Assembly (NCBI GenBank): GCA_013239625.1
Contig: MU053319.1
Coordinates: 62,001 to 126,000, forward strand
Direction of reading: 5' to 3'
Source of the DNA: Lama guanicoe
Lineage: Eukaryota
DNA length: 64,000 bases
Part shown: positions 11,160 to 23,540 of the stretch, in pieces
How the letters are laid out: each line of letters begins with the position of its first letter
How positions within the stretch are numbered: the first letter of the stretch is position 1
The notes under the pieces: model-generated
What the model was told of the DNA's origin: nothing
Database searches by the model: none
The model's input: only the letters and a program-made list of their open reading frames with translations
Position numbers and translations under genes: made by a program

Positions 11160-13171
11160 ACTTACCACAAGGCGTAACACGTTCCTACTGTGCTCTGATG
11201 GCGATTTAATTGGACTCATGCCAAAGCTGTGGCTCAAATCCTGTGCTTAGAACCAGAAATGGAAAGTCGGTTAACAGAAGGCAGATACTAGCTACCAGGC
11301 TGAAAAACTAGCCCATCACTTAGTTTCTAGATATTAATCATTCACAAACCGAGAATCTAATGATTGAAACAGACCTGGTCTCCTTGGCCAATGTGTATAC
11401 ATACAATGCGTATACCTACGTACAGCAAGCAACTTTGTGATCATTTCTCCAAAAGATCTAAAACCATTTGCTTCATCAATTGTGCACTGGAGAAAGGGGA
11501 GTACTCAAGATTTGTTGAAGCTTCTTAGATACGTTGTCTAAACTAATAGTAGTAAGAGGGAACTCAATAGGCCATCTTGTTTCTCAAGTTAAAAGGGTTC
11601 TTAGAAAACAGGCAATAAGATAACGTGCGTTGCAGAAGGTTGGAGGCAAACTCCCTACCGGTTCAGAGTAATGTATCATCTGTGAAGTTTGCAGGCGTTC
11701 GATGATCCGGAGAATGCCAGGGCATACACTCGAAGGAAAGGACAAATTGCTTCAACTTGCACCCCTACAATTAATAAAGAGTTGCTGTGCTTTTGGGGGA
11801 GGGTAAGGTCTCTGGATATTGGTGACTCCCTATATTGTACGTGGAAATAAACCTCAGAGTCACAGGACAGACTCCTGAGATTCTGGAGCAAGACCTTGCC
11901 TTCTTATTAAAAAGAAAACTTTTCACATGCAAATCATTTCCTGGAATGTTTCTGAGCATCTGATTAAAGACACCAAAAACCGTGTGATTAGAGCTTCCCC
12001 ACATCAACCATAAATTCATAAAAGTAGTCAGAGAAGGCATCCAGTTTGTAAAGGAAAAGGTACATTTGGGATTGGACCTCAATCGACCCAGAAAGCACAG
12101 ATTAATTACCTGAAAGGTAGTTTTCATGAAGACAGGTCACAAGGAAACTTTGGAAAGAGACATGGGGATGGACCCACGGGAGTGGACACACATCTTCGTG
12201 TCCCGCGTAATGCTCCTCAGAGAGCATCCATCTCACAGAAAAACAGCACCGAACAATGCGATGGATGGGAATGCTTGTCCTTCGTGTGAGAGCCAGCCTG
12301 TCTCTGCCGTCACCCCAGAGCTGACGCAACAGCCAAAGGGTGGAGAAGGCAAAGAAGCAGGAATCAGCTCATGGACCCAACCACTGTGCATCTTCTCATA
12401 AAGGTTAATCTAGCTCCTGCCACTACTGGAGCCCAGTCTGCCAGTGGCGGGACTGACTGTGAGCCCTCGGAGTGATGAATTCCTGGAGAAGCCCTGAGCC
12501 ACATGGTGGTGTGTGGATCATTTCAGAACCCTTCCACTCTGTGTGGGCTGGCTATGTACCCACGTAGACATAAGTCAGACTGTGGTTTCTCATTTCTGCC
12601 CCTAATACCCCCACCAGTGTCCTCATCTGAGAGTTTACAGAACGTCTGGTATATCGTCAGGGTATCTCATACCATATTGCCTCAGGGACTTCATTTTAAA
12701 ACAGATTCAGGGACTTATGTTAAAGCAAAGGAGTTGTAACAATAGGTGCATGCCCTGGGGTCTGTTTATCTTACCTCTGATGGACAGAACAATAAAAGCT
12801 TTGTTAAAGGCTCAGCTAAAGTGACAGCTCCGCAGGGCTGAGCCCTGTCTGTCTTGATGGATGTGTATTCTTCACCTACCAGTGAGACATTGTGCTGTGT
12901 TCCAGGTAGCTAGAGTTTGTGGTCCAGAGCCAAGGGGGAAAAGGACGATTGGGACCTCTCACCATCAGGTCCTTCTTTCCAAATCCTGAATTTCCCTTTT
13001 TTGTCCTCGAAACCTTTTATTCTACCTGGCTCTGTCCTGGTTCTCAGACTTTGGATCAACTGGATCCCGGACTGAATCAACAGGCAAAGAGAATAATTAT
13101 TAAACAGAATGACTAATCAATTCTGATTTCCAAAAGGACCCACAGTTGCAGCTCAAAATGGGGGAAGGGAG
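11160..13171 (+). mobile_element. Decayed ERVL pol (protease, RT connection/RNase H, integrase, dUTPase-like region) with internal deletions
   Basis: Frameshifted translations match ERVL Pol motifs: VHWRKGSTQ..LL(DT) at about 11480; KDKLLQLAP at about 11740; LRFWSKTLP at about 11875; IFVS..NA and SQPVSAVTP at 12190-12320; integrase FTERLVYRQGISYHIAS-GTHF at 12630-12700. Confidence 0.85.
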
Positions 13172-13728
13172 TGTTACTGAGTCCAGACTCGTTCTGCTTG
13201 CCACACGACAGGCCAGTAAATCGGGAGACGAGGTGCTGGGGCAAGGAATAGCGACTTTTTTCCGAAAGCCGGCAGACCGAGAGCATGGCAGACTAATGTC
13301 TTGGAGAACCATCCTGCTCCAGTCAGAATACAGGCTCCTTTTATATGAAAAAACAAAAACAAAACAAAACAAAACAAAAAAAAAAACAAGGGACAGGGTG
13401 TGATTGGTTGTTGCAAACTTCTTGCTGCAGGCATGCTTTGTTCTTGCGGCCGTCCACTGAGCCAGGCCATGGTGTCCCCGTAAATCTCCAACAAAACAAA
13501 GGTTATTCTCTGTTTTGCAACTTGCCAGCTCCACACAAGTGCAGAAGTGCTGGCATCCTTAAAGGTCAGAGCCCCGAGAACAGGCTCTCCTGTCTATTTC
13601 AGGCTAAAGGCAACATTGTTTCCCAAAAGGTGCAGAGCTGGCAAGACTGAGCCTGGAAAACAGGGCACAGTGGTCAAAACTAAAGGAGCAGATCCAATGT
13701 GGAGGCAGCTTTGTTCTCCTGTATTCCA
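13172..13728 (-). mobile_element. Solo ERV1-type LTR, 557 bp, with 4-bp TSD GGAG, inserted in ERVL pol
   Basis: tgttactgagtcc...ctgtattcca termini; ggag at 13168-13171 and 13729-13732; ERVL-like sequence resumes at 13729 to about 13780. Confidence 0.85.
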
Positions 13729-13809
13729 GGAGGGGTATCTACGGCATCCAAGGTCTTCATCGGAGTGACTCAGTGCTTCTGTAAGCAGCTTTTTGCAGGC
13801 AGCTCTCTG

Positions 13810-14550
13810 CAAATAATAAATGATGGAAAGGGTGTGGAGAAAAAGGAACCCTGCTACACTGTCAGTGGGAATGTAAACTGGTGCCGCCACCATGGAAGAC
13901 AGCGTGAAATCTCCTCAAAAAAATAAAAAGTAAAATTCCCATGTGATCCAGCAATTCCACTCCTGGGTATGTATCTGGAGAAAGTGAAATCTCTTCAATT
14001 TGAAAAGATGGCGTGCAGCCCAGTGCTCACAGCAGCGCTGTTCATGTTAGCCAGGACATGGACGCAGCCTAAGTGCCTGTCAGCAGGTAGCTAGCTTAAG
14101 AAGATGTGGACTCAGCCATAAAAAAAGAATGAAAGACTGTTATTTGTAGCAACATGGACGAACCTAGCGATGATCATACTAAGTGAAGTAAGTCAGACAG
14201 AAAGACAAGTATGCAGATTTATATGCAAACTTATGTGCAGAATCTAAAAAATAGCATAAATGAATCTATATACAGAACAGGAACAGACTCCCAGACATAG
14301 AAAACAAACTACGGTTACTAACCAGGAGAGGGAGTGGGGAGGGATAAATTAGGAGCATGGGATTAACAGATACAAACGACTGCATACAACATGGATAAGC
14401 AACAAGGATTTACTGCAGAGCACAGAGAAGTACACCCAGTATCTTGTATTACCCTATAATGGAATATAACCCGGGGGAAAAAAAGGATCACAATGTTTTA
14501 TACCTGAAACTAATGCAATATGGTAAATCAACTATACTCCAATTAAAAAG
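13810..14550 (+). mobile_element. L1 ORF2 end plus 3' UTR
   Basis: gtgtggagaaaaaggaaccc..gggaatgtaaactggt..gatccagcaattccactcctgggtat..tacctgaaactaat..tcaactatactccaattaaaaa. Confidence 0.9.
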
Positions 14551-14554
14551 ATTT

Positions 14555-14710
14555 TTTCTGTTAGTCACCAGTTTCTGATAACCTGAGGGGGCACAGCCTC
14601 AGCATCCCTGGGCGGGGCCGAAGGGGCAGTTAGATTAGGCAGTAAGTCTTGGTTTGCTGACGTGGGGCTTAGCACAATGACTCCACTTTGGGCCTGTTGC
14701 TCGCTTCTTT
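14555..14710 (-). mobile_element. ERV1-type LTR terminal fragment
   Basis: ggtttgctgacgtggggcttagcacaatgactccactttgggcctgttg, recalled from laurasiatherian LTRs. Confidence 0.45.
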
Positions 14711-14711
14711 C

Positions 14712-14947
14712 TTTAAGTTGAAGCAGAGTCGACTTACAACATTATATTAGTTTCAGGTGTACAACATAGTGATTTGATATTTTAATTGATTATACAGCAT
14801 ATAAAGTTATTATAGAACATTGGCTTTAGTCCCTGTGCTATACATTGTAGTTTTGTCATTTGTTTATACCTAATAGTTTGTACCTCTGAACCACCTTCAC
14901 ATATCTCGTGCCTCACCCAATGCCTCTCCCCAGTAGTCACCACTAGT

Positions 14948-14988
<41 letters not shown>

Positions 14989-16385
14989 TATGTATATAGG
15001 TGTGTGTTTCTGTATTCTTATATTCATTTGTTTGTTCTATTTTTTAGATTCCATATATAAGTGAAAACATAAAGTATTTGTCTTTCTCTGGCTGACTTAT
15101 TTCTCTAAACATAATACATTAGAAGTCCATTCAAAACTTTATTCTTTGTTATGGCTGAATAATATTCATATACATATATACACATCACAACTTTATCCGT
15201 CCATCTCTTGATGGGCACTTAGGTTGCATCCATGTCTTGGCTATTATAAATAACGCTGCAATGAACATAAGCGTGCACATAGCTTTTCTAATTAATGTTT
15301 TTGTTTGCTTCAGATGAATACCCAGGAGTGGGATTGCTGGATGGTATGGTAGTTCTGTTTTTAGTTTTTTGAGAACTCTCCATACTGTTTTCCATAGTGG
15401 TTGTGCCAAATTACATTGCCACCAAAAGTGTGCTAGGGTTCCCTTCCTCCACATCCTCACCGATATGTGTCTGTAGTCTTTGTGGTGATAGCCGTTTTGA
15501 CAGGTATGAGGTGACATCTCATTGTGGTTTTGATTTGCATTTCCCTGATGATTCGTGAGGTTGAGCATCTTGTCATATTTCTGTTGACCATTTGTGCATC
15601 CTCTTTGGAGAAAGAAATTCTATTCAAGGTCTTTATCAGTGTTTTAATCAAGTTATTTGTTTTTTGGTTTTGTTTTTTTTTTTTGGTGGTGGTGGTGTTA
15701 TTCAGTTGTAGGAGTGTTTAAAATACATTTTGAATAGTAATTCCTTATCCAATATATGGTTTGCAAGTGCTTTCTCCCATTCCGTTGGCTGTGTTTTCTT
15801 GATGTTTTTTCCCTTTGCTGTGCAAAGACTTTTCACCTGATGCAGTCTTGTTTGCTTTCGCTTTTGTTGCCTGTGTTTTTGGTGTCATTTCCAAGAACAT
15901 ATTGCCAAAACCAGTGTCATCAAGATTTCCCTTATGTAGCGCTCTAGGAGTTTTATAGTACCAGGTCTTGTGTTTAAGACTTTAATCCTCTTTGAGTTGA
16001 TTTTTGTGTATTATGGGTTCGATTTAACTCCTTTGCAGGTGGCTATCCAGTTTTCCCAGCACCACTGGTTGAAGAGACTGCCCTTTCCCGTTGTATGTTC
16101 CTGGCACGTTTGTTCCCAGTCGGTTGTCTACATATACACAGGCTTATTTCTGGCCTTGCTATGCTGTTCCACCAGGTCTATGCAGCCATCTTTGTGACCG
16201 TCTTTGTGTCTTAATTACTGCAGCTTGGTAATATATTTTGAAATGAGAAAGTGTGACACCTCCAGCTTTTGTCTTCTTTCTCAAGATCATTTTGGCTACT
16301 TGGGGTCCTTTGTGGTTCCATAAGAATTTTAGAATAGCTTTTTTATTTCTGTAAAAAAGTCATTGGGATTTTGATAAGGATTGAA
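14712..16385 (-). mobile_element. L1 ORF2 C-terminus plus 3' UTR (about 1.7 kb, decayed)
   Basis: ORF-track peptides at 15185-15651 give L1 ORF2 motifs ([67 protein letters not shown]). Confidence 0.95.
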
Positions 16386-16570
16386 AACAAGTTAATATGG
16401 ACAGCATCCTGGATGCATCCAAGATAGTTTTCCAATCTGGTATATTGAACCCTGGCATGAGATAGTTCACAAAATTCTGGAAAAAAAAAAAAGGCCACTC
16501 AACAAAGATTTCACGCACCTCCAGTGGAGAATATTTACTTAAATTAAGGGGGTGGGGGATAAAATCCACT

Positions 16571-16716
16571 CACTGTAAGGGTACACTATGTTCTACGACA
16601 AATAATGTTGATTATGTTATATCAAAAACATTAACACTGTAAGGGACATAGAACATAGAACATAGAACACTATGTTCTACGACAAATAATGTTGATTATG
16701 TTATATCAAAAACATT
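16571..16716. repeat. 62-bp direct duplication; second copy carries an (ACATAGA)3 insert
   Basis: 16571-16632 is repeated at 16635-16716, with 16646-16666 replacing a single T. Confidence 0.95.
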
Positions 16717-17024
16717 TTCTCATTCTGTTACTGATTTCCAAGGATAAACAAAGAATACTTTAGGGAGACAAAAGCAAGTCACCTTGAATAAAAAAGCTGT
16801 GATAAAAGACCTAGTCATGTTTGATGACAGATGTTAAGAGAACAATATCTTCAAAATCTGAAGGGCAAGTATAAATCAAAATTTTACACATTACCAATTC
16901 AGAGTGCACTAGGAGGACAGAATAATAAAAGCAATCCTCAAACAAAAAAATAACTGAAAATACTGAGATTTTAAATGTTTTTTTTTAAAGTAAAAACTTG
17001 ACTCTTTTCATGGATAATTATCAT

Positions 17025-18442
17025 TTTGGAGTTCTAGCTGTTGGAGCCGCTGCCTATTTTGAAGGACTCCCACATAGGTGAGCTCTGTGTCAGGTCGCCT
17101 CTACAGGATACAGGGGATTTTAGGTGGTTCCTTTCTCCATGCTCTGATGGCTGGCCCGTGGGTATGCACTGAGTGTGGCCAAGATGGTCCCATTCAATAT
17201 TCAGTGTGGTGTCCAGTTTAAGGATATTTAGACATTTTCATCGATACTGGGATCAAAGAAGAAATGTATTGTTGAAAGGTAATAAACATCCAAAAGCCTA
17301 GAAAGGAAAATGCAAGGGCCTCAAAGTCCATCATCATGACAACATGTATCCAATCATTTCAATGATCAAATTGGTAGCAAATGTCCAATTGTCAAATGGT
17401 TATGTATTAAGAATGCTGATCTGGTCCTCTAGTGCATCTCGTCCATACCTTACTCCCCTTGATACCTGAAGCCTGGTTCTTTAACGATCCTGTAAATCCT
17501 TTGAGCTACTCAATAGAGTTAGAATAAATCTATTCTCTCCTCATGTTACCAAGTCAGTTTCTATTGTGTGCGGCCAAGAACCCTTAACAATGCAATGATG
17601 AAATTCATTCAGCCAAAACGTAAATCAAAATAAAGAACCTGAGTTTTGAGAAGCTGGCTATAATCCAACGATTTCTTTTTACTTTCAAAGTAGTTGAATT
17701 TTCAAGTAAAATTCAAATTAAATTTAAATATGAATTTGGAGTTCTAGCTGTTGGAGCCGCTGCCTATTTTGAAGGAATCCCATGTAGGTGAGCTCTGTGT
17801 CAGGTCGCCTCTACAGAATACAGGGGATTTTAGTTGGTTCCTTTCTCCATGCTCTGATGGCTGGTCTGCGGGTATATACTGAGTGTGGCCAAGATGGTCC
17901 CATTCAATATTCAATGTGGTGTCCAGTTTAAGGATATTTAGACATTTTCATGGATACTGTGATCGAAGAAGAAATGTATTGTTGAAAGGTAATAAACATC
18001 CAAAAGCCTGGAAAGGAATATGCAAGGGCCTCAAAGTCCATCATCATGACAACGTGTATCCAATCATTTCAATGATCAAATTGGTAGCAAATGTCCAACT
18101 GTCAAATGGTTATGTATTAAGAATGCTGATCTGGTCCTCTGGTGCATCTCGTCCATACCTTACTCCCCTTGATACCTGAAGCCTGGTTCTTTAACGATCC
18201 TGTAAATCCTTTGAGCTACTCAATAGAGTTAGAATAAATCTATTCTCTCCTCATGTTACCAAGTCAGTTTCTATTGTGTGCGGCCAAGAACCCTTAACAA
18301 TGCAATGATGAAATTCATTCAGCCGAAACATAAATCAAAATAAAGAACCTGAGTTTTGAGAAGCTGGCTATAATCCAATGATTTCTTTTTAGTTTCAAAG
18401 TAGTTGAATTTTCAAGTAAAATTCAAATTAAATTTAAATATG
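17025..18442. repeat. Tandem duplication, period 710 bp, two copies, about 97% identical
   Basis: Copy 1 17025-17732, copy 2 17735-18442; about 23 substitutions by manual count and no indels; the unit includes an old LTR33/MaLR-like 3' end (aataaat..gtcagtttctattgtgtgcggccaagaaccc). Confidence 0.97.
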
Positions 18443-19127
18443 CTTAATAACAATTTTCAAATATATACTAACATATAGAAATACTGTAGTCTTTCTACAA
18501 AATAATTTCTGTATGTCTTACTATTTGGTTTTGTACCTGTATTTGTCCTTAGAAAGATACATGGATGTGTATTTATCTTCTATTCATTTTTATTATTTTG
18601 AAATATAGGGTTGGAGTTCATTGTAGAAACTTGTTTTTTCACCTTTCTACATTGTTTGAAATACTATAAGGTACATTTGTAATTTTTATAGATTAACAAA
18701 TTTTTATTTTAAAAGGTTAAAAAGTAAGACTTATATAGCTTAGATATATAACATTTGCAAGTTCTGTTTTCCTGAAAGGGCTGCATGCTAGTCAAGAAAA
18801 AGGATTTGTGTTTCAATGGCAGCACACTGTAATGAAAAAGGCATTGAGACCTAGAATTATTCCAGACTTGTGGCTTTGTGTCATTGAAATATTCAGTCCT
18901 TTCACTGAGTCGATTTTCTTATTTGGAAAATGAAAGACTTTAACCAAGAATCTCCCAGTTCCCACATTTTAAAAATTCTGTTACTAACATTTAGAACTTA
19001 TTATAAAGTCAAACATTATACATCATACATAGCATCTATATATAACTTGTTCACACATCTGATCAGAGTCTCTTTAAGTCAGTGGCAACTGATCTTTTTT
19101 TCTTTTGTTTTTGTTTCTGTCTTTAAA

Positions 19128-19482
19128 TTTTTTATTGATGTATAGTCAGTTTACAATGTTGTGTTAATTTCTGGTGTGCAGCATAGTGATTCAGTTTTAC
19201 ATACATTCTTTTTTATACTCATTTTCATTATAAGCTGTTGTATGATGTTGAGTAGAGTTCCCTGTGCTATACAGTAGGTCCTTGTTTATCTATTTTATAT
19301 ATAGTAGCATGTATCTGCAAGCCTTGAACTCTCAAATTACCCCTCCACCCACTTTTCCCCCCCACCGAGTAACCACAAATTTGTTTTCTCTATCTGTGAG
19401 TCAATCGGTCTCTACTTTGTAACAAAGTTTGTCTCATTGTTTTAGATTCCACATATAGGTGATATCATATGGTATTTGTCTT
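19128..19482 (-). mobile_element. L1 3' end
   Basis: ttttattgatgtatagtcagtttacaatgttgtg..gttccctgtgctatacagtagg..ttagattccacatata. Confidence 0.9.
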
Positions 19483-19747
19483 AACTACTCTAAGAAAAAG
19501 ATAATAGATCAATTTCCTATTCTCTTTGCCAAGTTTCTTTGAGTTTTATAGAAACTGTCCCTAACTTGCAAAACAGAATGCCATATTAAACTTAAATATA
19601 GCACTTAACATATATTCATTCATTTAATCTTGACAGTATTATCATGGTCTTTCTGTAAATGAGATCACTGCCCAGGGCTACACAGCAAGTGGTGGAACTT
19701 ACACTCAAGCACTCACTGTGTCCGACACTGTTAGGCACTAGAGATTC

Positions 19748-19955
19748 AGATTTGCAAATGTTAACCACTACATATAAAAATAGATTAAAAACACAAGTTT
19801 CTTCTGTGTAGCACAGGGAACAATATTCATTATCTTGTACTACCCTTTAATGAAAAAGAATATATGTATGTATATGTGTGACAGGGACATTGTGCTGCGC
19901 ACTAGAAATTGACACACTGTAACTGTACTTCAGGGAAAAACAAAACGAAACAAAA
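19748..19955 (+). mobile_element. Camelid-type L1 3' end
   Basis: agatttgcaaatgttaaccact..gcacagggaac..gaaattgacacactgtaactg, then an A-rich tail. Confidence 0.88.
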
Positions 19956-21410
19956 ATGCATGATCCTCCATTCCCTCCACAAGTAACTTGAAACACATTG
20001 TTTATTTCTTTTTTGGAAGCTTTTTCCCCTCTCTTTTTAGTAAATATTTTGAAGTCTTTAATTCTTACAATGATTTTATTCCACTCAATAACACCTATTA
20101 GAATTGAATACCAATATTAAAATCATCCACTCAGTTAACAAATATTTTATGAAGTGCCTACTAAGCACTTTATAAATTTCATATTATGACATCAAATTTG
20201 ATTAACTATTAAGAGCTTTGAGTTCTCCAAATTAAACATATATATGTCTTTTTAATACCTTTATGTATATATATACACATACATATACATATATATACAC
20301 GTGTATATATCTTCATAATTTCCATTGTTAAAGGTCGGAGGCTTTTATCCTTAAATAGCCACTTAACCATAAAATACTGATTAAATAATTAAACATTTAA
20401 TAACTAATTTTTAAAAATCTATGCCTCTGCTTTTATTATAAGCCATTATTGTATTTATTGCTTTTTATTGTTTAATAGTCACATACAAGTAAGAAGCCAA
20501 CCAAAGTCCTTGCTAACGTGGTCTGGGAAGAAACATGGCCCCACCTTTGTGAAACCCCTCCCTGCATTGCATCAGCTGCTGAAACAGCACTTTGCTTTTA
20601 GCACTTTAAATTCTTCATCTGAAACATACCATTCTAAGATTAAGTAGTCAATATTCCTCATATGATTTTCTGGATTGAGGAGAGTACCTTTTGAAAGTTG
20701 ACCCTTTCTTTTTTTTTTTATTTATAGGTTAATTAATGGAAATATTTCCAGAGAATTTTCTCTAAGCATCACTAGTCATGGCCTCATTTGTCATCCCAAA
20801 TTATCCCTTGAGCCACTCAAAAGCGTTCAATCCCTAACTGGCTGAAAAAAAAAAAAAAGAAAAAGATGTAATTTAGTTTTCAGGTGTAGATGAAATAGAC
20901 ACTGTTTGTTTTTTTTATCATGTTCTAGAGGACAAAATTTAGGGGTTCTGAGGGCTAGGCTATGTCTACCTAATAGTCACAATCCCACCCACCCGTCTTG
21001 GCTAACTTGATATCTTAAATAGCATGGCATCCCCTTTGGCTAGGCTTCCTCCAGAGAAGTCTAGTTTGTGTAGAAAGAGCAAGTGCCTCAGTTTCCACGA
21101 ACGTTAGTTCTCTACAAATCCGATTTTGCCTTATGAATGGAGACTTAGGGAAGTGGATGAGAAAAAAGAGACTTCCATCTTATTCTAGAGGATATAACTG
21201 TGTTGAATGTTCACGCAAATTCTCAAGACAATGAATGAAATGCAGATATTTACTTTAGAAAATTGGACTTTCTCCCCCTTGAAGGTGAAAAGATAGTCTT
21301 TGGACAATAAAAGAGACCATGTTCATTTTTTTTTAATGAATGATAAATGGATTATACTTACAAACCTCTCCAAAGAAGAGATAACGTGAACTCTACAGCA
21401 CTGTTTTGTC

Positions 21411-21610
21411 CAGTGATTCTCAAAGGATGTTTGTTCCATGTAGTTTCAGTAGGGATTTTGCGGGAAAAACAAAGCTTTGTGTTGAAATAAATTGGGAAAT
21501 ACTGAGTTGAACAAAGTTAAACATATGTCTTTACTACTGGACTGCTCAGATCCTTGGGGATCCCACCATAAGAGTTTCTAAGAGATGCACATTGTATGCA
21601 GTAGGTAGGC
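21411..21610. mobile_element. hAT-Charlie-type MER DNA transposon fragment
   Basis: cagtgattctcaaa terminus; ttgggaaatactgagttgaacaaagttaaaca..tctttactactggact..tcaga. Confidence 0.5.
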
Positions 21611-23540
21611 GCATGCCCAAGCAAGGGTACGCCAAGATGGATCTGACCGGTTAAGGAATGACTAGACACTTTTAGACTCAGACAGTCTATTATTTACACA
21701 TCAAAGGTGCCATCAGTCCTTGTCCACACATCAAAAAGGGGGCAGGAAGAGGGCCAGAGAGGGCTCCTTAAGTCACCCTGTTTGCCTCATTTAGGACTCA
21801 CTACACTCATTCATCGGCTTGTATATGTACCAAGCTCTCCCACCAGATTATATGATTGTTTCTTATTCACTTAATTTCCGGCATTGTACACAGTCTCTGG
21901 CACACAGAAGGTACTAAAAAAGCATTTGTTGAAGAAAGGAGTTGGGCGAGGCTTCCTCTGTGTGTGGCCAACCTGCGGTGCCCACCATTACACAGGATGG
22001 TGGTGACTTTCAGTCTTTGTCCAGAGACCATTTTGGATGAGAGATCTGTGCAAATTGGGTTTTGCACACAAGACGTGAACAAGGAAAGGAACAATCCATA
22101 GGAGAAAAAATTCAGAAAAATGTTTTCAAAGAATGAGTGATATTCAAATCTTACTCCAGTGTCAAAACTCTTCACATGACTCCAAGTTGGATTTAGGTAT
22201 CAAGTATTTTTAACTTCTTACTAAACAAAATCATAAATGCTTTTAGGTATTTATTTAGCTTGGTCAGATACTATCCTTAAGCAATAAAAAAAAGCTTAGG
22301 GTGACACAGCAAATATTTATTTATGTTGTTATAATGTTCTGAGAGCATCAAGTAGTTTTCATTTTCAAATGGTGTTTGTAGGCATAAATGGATTTAAAGT
22401 TTGCTGAAGTTTTAAAATGTGTGGTAATTAAGGTCAGGCATCAAGTCTCCTCCCTTTTCCAGTTCTTTCCAGTTACCAGACCTTATATTTGTAAGATCAT
22501 TGTCACCAAAGTCTGAGCTGATCCTGCCCAAGCCCATCACCACGTCATGAATCACCAAGTGGGCTCCAGAGGGAAATTGATTCCCGCAAGGGCAGCACCC
22601 GGCAGCCTTCCTGGAGCAGCTGACACCTCTTTCTTCCCAGCTCCCCAGTCGCGTGCCCTGGTGATGTGGGCAGGCTAGGTTCAGTCCAGTTCCCTAACGG
22701 CGGAGACTGACCCCTATTCCAAGTCCCACTTGCTTGGATCCACCACCTATCAGCCTGCCCAAAATTAAGATAATGACGTCTCCATATGTGCTTGGAGATT
22801 TTTATTTGAAGGTGTCATTCAGTGAGAACTGAGACCCTTAAATGATTTCATGTCCTTTCCCACTGGCCCCTTGATGAAGGGCAAACGTTCCTTGCCGCTA
22901 CAGTTAATGGACACTGAACTGTAAATTATTCTCAAGATTAACTGTAACTCTCAAAGAGATAATTTACCTTTCTCTGCATCTACCATCATTCATGTATTTT
23001 TCCCCCTACTGGAAATAAACTTAATTCAAAAGCTTTTAAAGCACAGGACAGCTGCTTGGATGTGTCAGGCGATATTAGAAAATATATAAGCGACCTGTTT
23101 TCTACCCACAGCCCTCAGTCACATAGCCAGGGAGCTCCATAATAATAGGACCACACAGGTTTCTGAAGGTGGCTTCCTGAGATGATGAGGGATGAGTTCT
23201 TCGTAGGCTGATCTGGTCACTTTCTGGCCAACCTCTAGAGGACAAATCAAATAGCAGAGTTAGACTTCAGCTGGTCTTGAGAGATGCCCTAAAGTCAGAC
23301 ACCACAGAGATGTGCCCTGTCTTTCATAGCACAAGCTTTTTTACCTTCAGTCCCAGGTGGCTCAAAGAGCCTTTGTTGTGTACCTTTTGGAATTTTATTT
23401 CCTCCTCATATTTTTCTAACAGGTCTCTCTGCCTATTTTCAGCATTTACCAAAGTCTTGTGAGCTGCCTTTGATCACACACATGTACACGGTCGGCCGCG
23501 CCATCTGATGTGTGCAGCAAGAACATTTCCACGAGGATGC

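Noticed and set aside
11160..13171. Possible domesticated retroviral gene
   Set aside because: Numerous frameshifts, stops and deletions; no long intact frame
17883..18179. 98-aa ORF listed only for the second duplicate copy
   Set aside because: Non-ATG start in LTR-derived sequence; copy 1 has a stop at the matching position (cctag vs cctgg), consistent with neutral drift
16571..18442. Direct repeats considered as a CRISPR-like or other array system
   Set aside because: Only two copies each, no repeat-spacer periodicity, eukaryotic context and no associated genes
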